DNA from: an uncultured virus (IMG/VR IMGVR_UViG_3300007514_000623)
Lineage: Duplodnaviria; Heunggongvirae; Uroviricota; Caudoviricetes
Reading direction: 5' to 3' (one strand)
DNA length: 64,000 nt
Virus record (IMG/VR): IMGVR_UViG_3300007514_000623
The position numbers and the translations under genes were made by a program. The notes under the pieces were generated by a model. That model did no database searches, had not been told where the DNA came from, and was given only the letters and a program-made list of their open reading frames with translations. Of this stretch, positions 25,765 to 34,514 are shown piece after piece (the first letter of the stretch is position 1; each line of letters opens with the position of its first letter).

Positions 25765-26851
25765 TATTATACAAAGACGTAGGGGAACAACTTTACAGCA
25801 TAGTACATTTACAGGTGCTGAAGGTGAAATAACGATTGACTTGGACAAAGATACCGTAGTTGTCCATGACTCAGTTCAAGTTGGTGGATTTCCATTAGCA
25901 AGAGAGGACATGAGTAATGTTATAAACGGTGTTGGAGTTCAAGCGTTAAAACTTTCAGAAGGTACAGCAGGACAAGTTCTACAAACAGATGGTGCTGGTA
26001 CTATTAGTTTTACCAGTTCACCAAATATAAGTTCAGCTGCAGTTGGTGGTGATGTTACTGGTACGGTTGGTTCAATTCAAATTGGTGCAAACTCAATCGG
26101 TGTAACAGAATTAAATCTTTCGGATGGTACTGCTGGTCAAGTATTAACCACAGATGGTAATGGTAATATAAGTTTCGGTAGTACGGTTGATGTTGGTAGT
26201 GCTGTTGTTGGTGGTGATCTTTCTGGTACAGTAGGTAATGCACAAATTAATGTTGGTGCTGTTGGAGATCAAGAACTTGCAGATGATGCTGTAACAACAA
26301 CTAAAATTTTAGATTTGAATGTTACTAATCAAAAATTGGCAGTAGACGCTGTAACAGCTGCTAAAATTAAAGATGGTGAAGTAACCAATTCTAAGATCGT
26401 ATCAATGTCATCAAGTAAACTAACTGGTGCTTTACCCCCTGTTAGCGGATTTGCATTAACCAGTATTGATCCTACTAGTCATGTTCATACCAATCCATAT
26501 GACGTATCATTTATAGCAGGGTATGATGCGGAAACACTAGCTGATGATATAGTTGTTCAAATATACGGTGAAATGGTTATGGCAAGAACTGGAACATTTG
26601 AAGGGGAACAAGCACATATAGAAGTTGGCCCTGCTGGTTCTGCATTAATTATTGACATAGAGAAAAATGGATCATCAATCTATTCTACTAAACCAGAATA
26701 TGCAGATGCTGCTGGTGCAGGCGGATTAACTGCTGGTGTAATCGCAACATCTGGTTTTGTTGCTGGTGATAGAGTTACTTTTAGAGTAACGCAAATTGGT
26801 TCTGGAACTGCTGGTAAAGGTTTAAGATTTATGATGAAATGTTCGGTATAA
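25757..26851 (+). CDS. Tail fibre-like protein with Mtd-type N-terminal domain
   Basis: QRRRGTT..H..FTGA.GE.T.D.D..T.VVHD...GG.PL; repeats DGT.GQVL.TDG.G..SF and VGGD..G. Confidence 0.75.
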   Translation: MANIIQRRRGTTLQHSTFTGAEGEITIDLDKDTVVVHDSVQVGGFPLAREDMSNVINGVGVQALKLSEGTAGQVLQTDGAGTISFTSSPNISSAAVGGDVTGTVGSIQIGANSIGVTELNLSDGTAGQVLTTDGNGNISFGSTVDVGSAVVGGDLSGTVGNAQINVGAVGDQELADDAVTTTKILDLNVTNQKLAVDAVTAAKIKDGEVTNSKIVSMSSSKLTGALPPVSGFALTSIDPTSHVHTNPYDVSFIAGYDAETLADDIVVQIYGEMVMARTGTFEGEQAHIEVGPAGSALIIDIEKNGSSIYSTKPEYADAAGAGGLTAGVIATSGFVAGDRVTFRVTQIGSGTAGKGLRFMMKCSV

Positions 26852-26854
26852 CAA

Positions 26855-27700
26855 ATGGCATTTATTAATAGTCAAAGACATATTGGTACTGTTGGTTTAC
26901 AACCGCCAGAAACTCTTGGTGGAACTGAAACCTTCTACAGTAATTTTAAAGTACATACGTTTTTAACATCTGGAACATTTACTGTTTTAGGTAGTGAGGA
27001 TGTAACGTGTGATGTACTTGCGATTGCTGGTGGAGGCGGAGGCGGAACAAACCAAGGCGGTGGCGGAGCAGGAGGCATGGTTGAACAACCTACTGTAACA
27101 ATTTCGCCTGGCGTTTATAACATTGTAGTTGGAAATGGTGGAACGCAAACCTCGGATGGTTTTGATACTACCACAGGAATTTCTGGTGTAGCAACTGCTG
27201 TTGGTGGCGGACATAACAACGGGGCAGGTGGTTCTGGTTCGGGTGGTGGAACGTCAAGCCAAGGTGGTGGGGCTGGAACAGCTGGACAAGGAAATAATGG
27301 CGGGGGCGGAGCAAACTGCGGAGGCGTAACTGGTGGCGGAGGCGGTGGCGGTGCAGGAGCCGCTGGTAATGGAGCGCCAGGTTTTGGTGGATGCCCAGGC
27401 TGTGGTGGATGTAACGGTGGTGGTTCTGGCGTTGGCGGAGTTGGATTAGAAAATTTATTTCGTACAGGATCAAATCAATTTTACGCTGGAGGCGGCGGAG
27501 GCGGAGGCGGTAACGTATCTGGTAATGGTGGTGAAGCTGCTGGTGGTAATGGTGGCGGTGGAAATCCAGGCGCAAGTCCAGGCCCTGCTGACGGTGGTGA
27601 AAATCAAGGTGGTGGTGGACATGGACAGGGTAGTGGTTCAAATCCAGGCACTGGCGGAAGGGGAATAGTTGTTATACGAGCACCTTTCCCGATAGTATAA
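26855..27700 (+). CDS. Glycine-rich domain virion/fibre-associated protein
   Basis: HTF..SGTF, V.AGGGGG....GGGGAGG, Y.I.VG.GG, YAGGGGG, GG.G.V.IR. Confidence 0.75.
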   Translation: MAFINSQRHIGTVGLQPPETLGGTETFYSNFKVHTFLTSGTFTVLGSEDVTCDVLAIAGGGGGGTNQGGGGAGGMVEQPTVTISPGVYNIVVGNGGTQTSDGFDTTTGISGVATAVGGGHNNGAGGSGSGGGTSSQGGGAGTAGQGNNGGGGANCGGVTGGGGGGGAGAAGNGAPGFGGCPGCGGCNGGGSGVGGVGLENLFRTGSNQFYAGGGGGGGGNVSGNGGEAAGGNGGGGNPGASPGPADGGENQGGGGHGQGSGSNPGTGGRGIVVIRAPFPIV

Positions 27701-27710
27701 GGAACTTATT

Positions 27711-28214
27711 ATGGGAAGTTATGCCAAGGTTATAAATAATAAAGTAGTTAATGTTATTGCCGCTACAAAAGAATTCATAGATAACTATGATGATGGTTTA
27801 GGTGGTGAGTGGATTAAAACCTCTTACAATACGCATGGTGGAAAACATTACGATCCTGTTACTGGTTTAGAAGATGATAAACCAGCATTAAGATATAATT
27901 ATGCTGGTAGAGATTTTACTTATGATCCAGTAAAGGATGCGTTTATACCTCCGAAACCATTTCCAAGTTTTGTATTAAACGAAACAACTATGAGGTATGA
28001 ACCCCCTATCCCTTATCCAGAAGGGTTAGACGGTGGGCCGAATAGATTTATTTGGGTTGAAGAATGGTATCAAGAACATGGTGAGTGGTTTGATCGCTGG
28101 GACACTTCCGATTCTCATTCGCAATACAATCCAGATTCAAAATATTATTTGGAAGATTTACCGAAGTATGAAGATGCGGATTATCCATTTGATGATAAAG
28201 GATGGCGATGGTAA
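27711..28214 (+). CDS. Conserved phage protein usually found beside glycine-rich genes
   Basis: A.....V..VI, W..TSYNT.GG.H, R.NYAG....YD...DAFI.P.PF.S..L. Confidence 0.7.
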   Translation: MGSYAKVINNKVVNVIAATKEFIDNYDDGLGGEWIKTSYNTHGGKHYDPVTGLEDDKPALRYNYAGRDFTYDPVKDAFIPPKPFPSFVLNETTMRYEPPIPYPEGLDGGPNRFIWVEEWYQEHGEWFDRWDTSDSHSQYNPDSKYYLEDLPKYEDADYPFDDKGWRW

Positions 28215-28217
28215 TAT

Positions 28218-28505
28218 ATGAAAGCAAGTGAAGCGAGAGAACAAGCACGAACTCAAGCACAGCGGGAACAAAATATGACATGGCAGGAAATTCGTGATGA
28301 CTCTATTAGTAAATTAAAAGATATAGCAACAGCAGTAACTAGTGGTTTTATAGAAAAAGAAATACAAGCTGAACGATATTCAATATGTGAGGATTGTTCT
28401 CAATTTAAAAAATCAACAAGACAATGTAAAATATGTAGTTGTTTTATGCCTGCAAAGACATTGTTTAATAGGTCGAGATGTCCTAAAGGTTATTGGAATA
28501 AATAA
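28218..28505 (+). CDS. Small Cys-motif (metal-binding) protein
   Basis: R..IC..C, C..C.CFM..K......CP...W. Confidence 0.7.
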   Translation: MKASEAREQARTQAQREQNMTWQEIRDDSISKLKDIATAVTSGFIEKEIQAERYSICEDCSQFKKSTRQCKICSCFMPAKTLFNRSRCPKGYWNK

Positions 28506-28519
28506 AAGGGTAAACTCTT

Positions 28520-30157
28520 ATGGCTAAACAAGTAAAAAGACGAAGGGGTACAACATCAGAACATGGAGCCTTTACTGGTGCTGTTGGTGAGACAACTGTT
28601 GATACTGATTTAAACACAGTTGTCGTACATGACGGCTTATTGGCTGGTGGTTATCCTCTTGCTAAAGCAGACTTAACAAATGCTGATCTTTCAAATAAAA
28701 TAAATGTTAATGAGTTAGCAACTACGGATGGAAGTGCTGGAGATGTTTTAACTACAGATGGTGCTGGGAATGTTACATTTACATCACCAGGCGGTGTTAA
28801 TCCAAACTCAGTTGGTGTAACCGAACTTAATACGAGTGATGGTCTTGCTGGAACTCATTTAACAACAAACGGTGCTGGTGTATTATCTTTCTCCGCTCCA
28901 AGTGTCGGTGTTGATGAATTAGAATGTGCAGATGGTACAGCAGGACAAGTATTGACCACAGATGGTGCTGGTGGAATAAGTTTTACTACACCAGCAACTG
29001 GATCATTAACTCCAAATTCAGTTGGTATAACGGAACTCAATACAAGTGATGGTTCAAATGGTCAAGTCTTATCCACAGACGGTATGGGTAACTTATCATT
29101 CGTAACTCAAACTGGTGTTGGTGGTTCTGGTAGTTCTAATTTTGTTGAAGATACTTTTTCTGGTAATGGTTCAACTGCAACATTCACTTTAAGTACAGCT
29201 GCACCTTCCGAAGAAAGTATTTTATGTTTTGTTGATGGTGTTTCTCAACCAACCACTTCATATACTTTACCAACAACAACTAGTATTACTTTCTCTCCCG
29301 CTCCTCCGAATGGTTCTGCAATAAAAGTATTACACTTAGGAATTGCAAGTACAGTTGCTGATGGTAGTGTAACAACTGCTAAGTTAGCTAACAATTCAGT
29401 TACCATAGAAAAACTTGCAGTAGCGGATGGAACAGCTGGACAAGTACTTACTACGGATGGTGCTGGAACATTATCATTCGCAGATGATTCTACAAATGTT
29501 GGTGCAACTGCTGTTGGTGGTGATGTTACTGGTACAGTTTCTAATATTACAATTCCGAATAATACTATTACATCTGCTATGATCGGGAACGGTGTTATTG
29601 TTGCACAAGACATCGCTACGAATTCTATAAACGGAACACATCTCGCTATGGGGTCTGATGCTCTTGGTGATTTGTTACGCAATAATGGTACAGACTTTGA
29701 AAGATTACCTATCGGTACTGTTGGTCAGATACTATCAGTAGTAGGAGGCGTACCAACATGGACAAGTGGTGGTGCGTTACAAGCAGCTGTTATAGGTGGC
29801 GGTGGAACTTTTAGTGGTTCAACTACTCAGACTCTTACTGGTACTGGGTTTACGCCGACAGTTGCTATATTATTTGGTAGTAGTACATCTGGTGCTGGTA
29901 CGAGATGGTCGATAGGGGTTGCTGGTGCTGGTGGAAATTCTAATATTTGTGTAGGAACAACCGACTCTGACAATTATGATGCGACTTTGTTATATACGGA
30001 TCGTTGTTTAATGATTGGTGATATTGACACATCAAATGGCGGCAGTGGTGGTTCAACATCATATACTTTTAATGCTTTTAATAATGATGGTGCTGTTTTT
30101 AATATCTCAGGTCATGCAAATATTAATGTAACATTACAGGTATTATTTTTAGGATAA
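28520..30157 (+). CDS. Tail fibre-like protein with Mtd-type N-terminal domain (paralogue of 25757-26851)
   Basis: KRRRGTT..H..FTGA.GE; five or more DG..GQVLTTDG.G..SF repeats; F.G.GS...FTL...V.GV.Q domain. Confidence 0.75.
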   Translation: MAKQVKRRRGTTSEHGAFTGAVGETTVDTDLNTVVVHDGLLAGGYPLAKADLTNADLSNKINVNELATTDGSAGDVLTTDGAGNVTFTSPGGVNPNSVGVTELNTSDGLAGTHLTTNGAGVLSFSAPSVGVDELECADGTAGQVLTTDGAGGISFTTPATGSLTPNSVGITELNTSDGSNGQVLSTDGMGNLSFVTQTGVGGSGSSNFVEDTFSGNGSTATFTLSTAAPSEESILCFVDGVSQPTTSYTLPTTTSITFSPAPPNGSAIKVLHLGIASTVADGSVTTAKLANNSVTIEKLAVADGTAGQVLTTDGAGTLSFADDSTNVGATAVGGDVTGTVSNITIPNNTITSAMIGNGVIVAQDIATNSINGTHLAMGSDALGDLLRNNGTDFERLPIGTVGQILSVVGGVPTWTSGGALQAAVIGGGGTFSGSTTQTLTGTGFTPTVAILFGSSTSGAGTRWSIGVAGAGGNSNICVGTTDSDNYDATLLYTDRCLMIGDIDTSNGGSGGSTSYTFNAFNNDGAVFNISGHANINVTLQVLFLG

Positions 30158-30175
30158 GAATAGAGGAATAAAAAC

Positions 30176-31048
30176 ATGGCATTAATAACTGTCAATTTAG
30201 TAGACACCTTTGATGAGTGGAGAGTTAAGACCAATAGTATTAGTGTAACTACTGGTGATCTTAATTCACTTAACACAAGTAATCAAAATAGTTTAGTAGA
30301 ATCCATTAATGAATTATTGGTAATCTCTGCAAGCAATTTGGATAATGTCGTTGAAGATACAACGCCTGAGCTTGGTGGCGATTTAGACTTGAATGGAAAC
30401 AACATAACTGGAACTGGTAATATATCTATTACTGGTACTTTTAGTGGAGTACTTTCTGGAACGGTTACTGGTGTTACTCAAACAACTGGTGATGTTTCAG
30501 ATAAACTTGCTACTACACAATTTGTTGCTAATACAACTATGTTACTTCCTCTTGCTGGTGATATTACTGGTAATGCTGGAGCAACTCAAATTGCTACGAA
30601 TGTTGTTGGTATTACAGAGTTAGATGTTAGTGATGGAACAAATGGACAGTTACTTTCTACGGATGGTTCTGGAAATTTAAGTTTTGTTGATTCGGATTTA
30701 ACAGTTGGTGGTGATTTATCAGGTACGTTAAGTAATGCACAGATAGTTGCTAATTCAGTTGGTATCAATGAACTTAATTTAGTGGATGGCACATCAGGTC
30801 AAGTATTAACGACAGATGGTTCTGGTGGAATAAGTTTTAAAACTGTTTTTACCGAAACTACTGTTACTCCAACCGCTAATCAAACAATATTTCCAATAGT
30901 ATATGAAGTAGGTAGAATTTGTGTATATTTAAATGGTGTTAAGTTAGTAGGTGGTGGTTTAGACTATACTGCTAGTAATGGTACAGACGTTACCCTTACT
31001 GCTGGTGTTAATACAACTGATACAGTCGAGTTCCATACATTTTTATAA
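30176..31048 (+). CDS. Fibre/baseplate-associated structural protein
   Basis: DTFDEWR.KTN start, VEDT.P.LGG.LDLNG, C-terminal VYLNGVKL...DYTA.NGT domain. Confidence 0.7.
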   Translation: MALITVNLVDTFDEWRVKTNSISVTTGDLNSLNTSNQNSLVESINELLVISASNLDNVVEDTTPELGGDLDLNGNNITGTGNISITGTFSGVLSGTVTGVTQTTGDVSDKLATTQFVANTTMLLPLAGDITGNAGATQIATNVVGITELDVSDGTNGQLLSTDGSGNLSFVDSDLTVGGDLSGTLSNAQIVANSVGINELNLVDGTSGQVLTTDGSGGISFKTVFTETTVTPTANQTIFPIVYEVGRICVYLNGVKLVGGGLDYTASNGTDVTLTAGVNTTDTVEFHTFL

Positions 31049-31089
31049 AAATTAATTTAAAATAATCTGCTATTTGAGATAGTCGATTT

Positions 31090-31097
31090 TATAAATA
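31090..31097 (+). promoter_or_regulatory. T4-type late promoter TATAAATA heading the modification cassette
   Basis: Exact consensus, intergenic. Confidence 0.7.
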
Positions 31098-31124
31098 TAT
31101 TATAATGCAATAAAGAGGAGAGAA

Positions 31125-32009
31125 ATGTCAGAGTTTATTTTAAATGACCAAGATGTAAATGCGAATGATAAGTACTTGTCTGATAAACACCCACTTAAAT
31201 CACTTTTTAGTATAAAGCAGTGTTGGACAACCCCTATTGGAGAGATAGATATAAATCTTCCAGAGGATATGCGAATAGCATTGATTGAGTATATTGCATC
31301 AAAGGGTTACTGTACAACAATGGGAACTCATAAGAGAACTCAAACTAGAGAGTTTGAAGAAAATCATTATAATCTTTTTGATGAGAAAGATAATAACGAA
31401 CATATAAAAAAGTTTGAGGAATATTCTTCTGAATTGATTAGGTATTATATTGCCAATGGTTATAATATTGGGAATGTAGAAACCTTTGATATTGATGCTA
31501 GAGCATTTGGTAATATGCAAACAGCGGGAAGAAGAACTTATCCGCATTATCATCATGGGTTTGATGGAGTTATGATATGCTATCTTACAGTAGGAAGTGA
31601 ATTTGTATTAACGACAGATTTAGAAGGTACAGATGATACGCAATTAGTTGTATCGCCTGGTTCTAGTATTTGTCGAATACCACAAACCGAATTAAAAAAA
31701 ATAGAAGATACTTCAAATGAAGTAAAAGCAGATTATGGTAGTTTTGAGTTAAAGGTACAGGATATGCCGTGTGAGGGTGATGGTACTATGTTACTCCAAG
31801 ACCCACGGCCTGCGATTAATTATCCTTATAATAATAAAGCTCAAGACTATCAACCGAAAGTTGGGAGATGTGTTTTTCACCCAGCATATATTTGGCATGA
31901 GTCCAACACCTATAACACTAAGGGTGTTCGGGCAGCAGTTGTAGTTAACTACCGTGTGCTTACACACAATAATAGTGGATTAGTAAGACCTTTATCAAAA
32001 CCCGAATAG
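31125..32009 (+). CDS. Putative 2OG-Fe(II) oxygenase (cassette enzyme 1)
   Basis: FGN.Q...RTYPHYH, YL, QDPRP.INYP, P.VG....HPAY.WHE.N, R...VVNY. Confidence 0.75.
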   Translation: MSEFILNDQDVNANDKYLSDKHPLKSLFSIKQCWTTPIGEIDINLPEDMRIALIEYIASKGYCTTMGTHKRTQTREFEENHYNLFDEKDNNEHIKKFEEYSSELIRYYIANGYNIGNVETFDIDARAFGNMQTAGRRTYPHYHHGFDGVMICYLTVGSEFVLTTDLEGTDDTQLVVSPGSSICRIPQTELKKIEDTSNEVKADYGSFELKVQDMPCEGDGTMLLQDPRPAINYPYNNKAQDYQPKVGRCVFHPAYIWHESNTYNTKGVRAAVVVNYRVLTHNNSGLVRPLSKPE

Positions 32010-32081
32010 TAGTAAATACATTTATATTATAACCTATATATAGAAATATTATAAATTTTAATCTTATAAGAGGAAAAAGAA

Positions 32082-32495
32082 ATGACTATTGCACGACAAA
32101 TCGCTGACCTAATTGATACAGGTGGAGATGTTAAATTAAGTAACTTGGATAATGTTCCGCCTAGTGATTGGAATACTCTTTTGAATAGACCAGATCATGC
32201 GAATACAGATACACGAAATGCAAGCAACATCACTTCTGGTACTTTGTCCCAAGCTCGTATGGGTTCTGGAACAACGAATAGTTCAACATACTTGCGTGGT
32301 GATGGTACATGGACTGCTGCTTGTCAAACTACAGTTTATACAAATTGTAATAACACAAGTGGAAACTGTACAAACCATGCGAATTGTGCCACAGCTGGTA
32401 GTTCTTATACCAACTGTAACTTTTCAACATCTAAAGTAAATCAAATTAATGCATTTAATTGTGCTTGCGATTGTGCTTGCGCTTGTAACTGTTAA
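32082..32495 (+). CDS. Small fibre-motif protein with 11-Cys C-terminal tail; candidate substrate of the radical SAM enzyme
   Basis: MT.AR.IADL start and NASNITSGTL..AR.GSGT...TYLRGDGTW fibre motif, then Asn-Cys repeats ending NCACDCACACNC. Confidence 0.8.
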   Translation: MTIARQIADLIDTGGDVKLSNLDNVPPSDWNTLLNRPDHANTDTRNASNITSGTLSQARMGSGTTNSSTYLRGDGTWTAACQTTVYTNCNNTSGNCTNHANCATAGSSYTNCNFSTSKVNQINAFNCACDCACACNC

Positions 32496-32547
32496 TAAAG
32501 AGACACTAATTTTTTAATGACACTAATAATAAAGGAGTAATAAAAAA

Positions 32548-33618
32548 ATGTTTAGAAAAATGTATGACAGTCTCTCTATGCCAGTTCACGTTGAATTATT
32601 GGTATCAGATGATAATATCTGTCTAAAAACATGGGTAAGAATTACAGAAGAAATTTATAACATGAGTTATAATGATAGCTCACGTGGAGATGATAAACCT
32701 TCAAGAAGTTTGTTGATTAACAACAATACCGCTTACATGGATTTCCCAGGCGATTCATCTGGTGTTTATCATACTAAACTTCCTGCTGGTCGTTTCGGTG
32801 GTGGAACAAAAGCAAGAGGGGAAGATTTTTTACCAAATATTCCTGCTGATATCAGGGATGATTATACCGACAAACTTGCTGGTACATACTGGCAGTGTAA
32901 TTCATATAGTTGGATTGATCCAACTGATCCATCTATCTTAGGTGGTGAATTATCTGATGCAGCTTGTTGGAGTATTGGTATTGGTGCTCGTACTTTACCT
33001 GAAATTAAAGTTGATCCAGATGAAGAGCAATATCATTCTATGTATATGCATCTTTATCCTGCTTATCCATCACAGAATGCTTTGGCAATATCTAGAAACA
33101 CAAAAGGACATCCGCTTCGTGAATCACGAAGATATGGTGCTCCTGTTTCTTTGATGGTTTATCAACCTTTCATGGATACAGCATTTACTGCAAGTTCAAT
33201 GACCTTGAAGTATAATAAAGCTTCTGGTTTCTCTACTAACATAGGGGATTGGACAGTTGGTGTTGACCATAAAGAAATGTTTAATATGTCTGGTACAGGA
33301 TATAACTATCTTGGACATCTTAAAGAAGGTTTGCCTGGTTTTGAAGTAACAAGTGGCGGTGGTTCTATTGACGCTGATGGTTATGATACCGTTAATTTTA
33401 AAATGGTAGATAATGACGGTTCAACAATTAACCATGCAACAACCGTTCATCTTGAACATACAGGCGGTTATTTACCTCACCAACGTATCGACATAACTGA
33501 TGGTACAGGATCATTCAAAGTTGGTGCTTTAGGAATGACAAGTGGAGATGTATTTAAAGTAAAAATTGGTTTTAGAAATTATACTGGTGTTGCAGACGTA
33601 GAATATACTGTAGCATAA
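32548..33618 (+). CDS. Unknown protein in the radical SAM cassette; beta-rich C-terminal domain
   Basis: AAGGAG SD; C-terminus GYLP..R...DG.G.FKV.ALG...GD..KVKIGF..YTG; no catalytic motif recognised. Confidence 0.7.
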   Translation: MFRKMYDSLSMPVHVELLVSDDNICLKTWVRITEEIYNMSYNDSSRGDDKPSRSLLINNNTAYMDFPGDSSGVYHTKLPAGRFGGGTKARGEDFLPNIPADIRDDYTDKLAGTYWQCNSYSWIDPTDPSILGGELSDAACWSIGIGARTLPEIKVDPDEEQYHSMYMHLYPAYPSQNALAISRNTKGHPLRESRRYGAPVSLMVYQPFMDTAFTASSMTLKYNKASGFSTNIGDWTVGVDHKEMFNMSGTGYNYLGHLKEGLPGFEVTSGGGSIDADGYDTVNFKMVDNDGSTINHATTVHLEHTGGYLPHQRIDITDGTGSFKVGALGMTSGDVFKVKIGFRNYTGVADVEYTVA

Positions 33619-33639
33619 GTATAGTAGTAATACACAATG

Positions 33640-33674
33640 TTAGAGGGGGGAAAATTTATTCCCCCCTAATTTTT
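33640..33674 (+). terminator. Intrinsic terminator inside the cassette
   Basis: GGGGGGAA/TTCCCCCC stem followed by TAATTTTT. Confidence 0.65.
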
Positions 33675-33692
33675 ACAGTTGAGAGGAAACGG

Positions 33693-34508
33693 ATGAGCAA
33701 ACCAGAACATTTAAAATACTACGAAAATTTAGAACCAGAGGCAAAAGATACTAGAAAGCATCATTTAGACGATCATGTAAGAATAGATCATAAGTGGACA
33801 ACACCATTTTTTGAAATGGATGGTGTATTGCCTAAAAAAATGAGAGATGATTTATGTCGAGTCTTGGAAAAAAAAGAACTTGACATGAAAGCTGTGAAAG
33901 AAAAAGAACCCGAATTTTATTCTATTGCACAATCAAAGGGTTTCTATGCAACAACTCATTACAATCTTTTTGCTGAAGAAGATATGAATGAGTTTCCAAA
34001 TGAAAAAGAATCCATACTAGCTTATGAAAAATTAGCTATGGAGCAAATTCGTTATTACATTCGTAAAGGTTGGGGTGTACAACAAGCAGATGACATGAGA
34101 CTTGAAGGAAGATGTTTTGGTAATGTCCAAAGTGCAAGTGATCAGCAAGGTGGAGCTCGAACTTATCCTCACTATCATCAAGATATGAATGGTGTATTAG
34201 TTCATTACCTAAGAATCGGTGATGAAGAAGTGCCTCTTGATAAACAACTACAAGTTGGTCAGGAGCAGTCATCAAGACATGGTTCACATCAAGTTTTATT
34301 TCAAGACCCTCGCCCCTCTATCAACTATCCTTTTTGGGAAAAGATTTATGCGGTATCGCCGAGAGTAGGACTTACACTCATTCATCCAAACTATGTTTGG
34401 CATGAAACTAATCCATGGCTAGGAAAAGGTACAAGGGTATGCATTGTTGTTAATTTTAGAGTTATGTCGCATGGATATAACGAATTGTCAATACCACTTA
34501 GGGGATAA
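33693..34508 (+). CDS. Putative 2OG-Fe(II) oxygenase (cassette enzyme 2, paralogue of 31125-32009)
   Basis: W.TP, HYNLF, IRYYI..G, FGN.Q, RTYPHYH, QDPRP.INYP, HP.Y.WHE.N, VVNFRV. Confidence 0.75.
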   Translation: MSKPEHLKYYENLEPEAKDTRKHHLDDHVRIDHKWTTPFFEMDGVLPKKMRDDLCRVLEKKELDMKAVKEKEPEFYSIAQSKGFYATTHYNLFAEEDMNEFPNEKESILAYEKLAMEQIRYYIRKGWGVQQADDMRLEGRCFGNVQSASDQQGGARTYPHYHQDMNGVLVHYLRIGDEEVPLDKQLQVGQEQSSRHGSHQVLFQDPRPSINYPFWEKIYAVSPRVGLTLIHPNYVWHETNPWLGKGTRVCIVVNFRVMSHGYNELSIPLRG

Positions 34509-34514
34509 TATAAT

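Noticed and set aside
25757..30157. Diversity-generating retroelement suggested by Mtd-like N-terminal domains
   Set aside because: No reverse transcriptase and no TR/VR pair differing at adenines seen in the window; the domain is a common fibre anchor.
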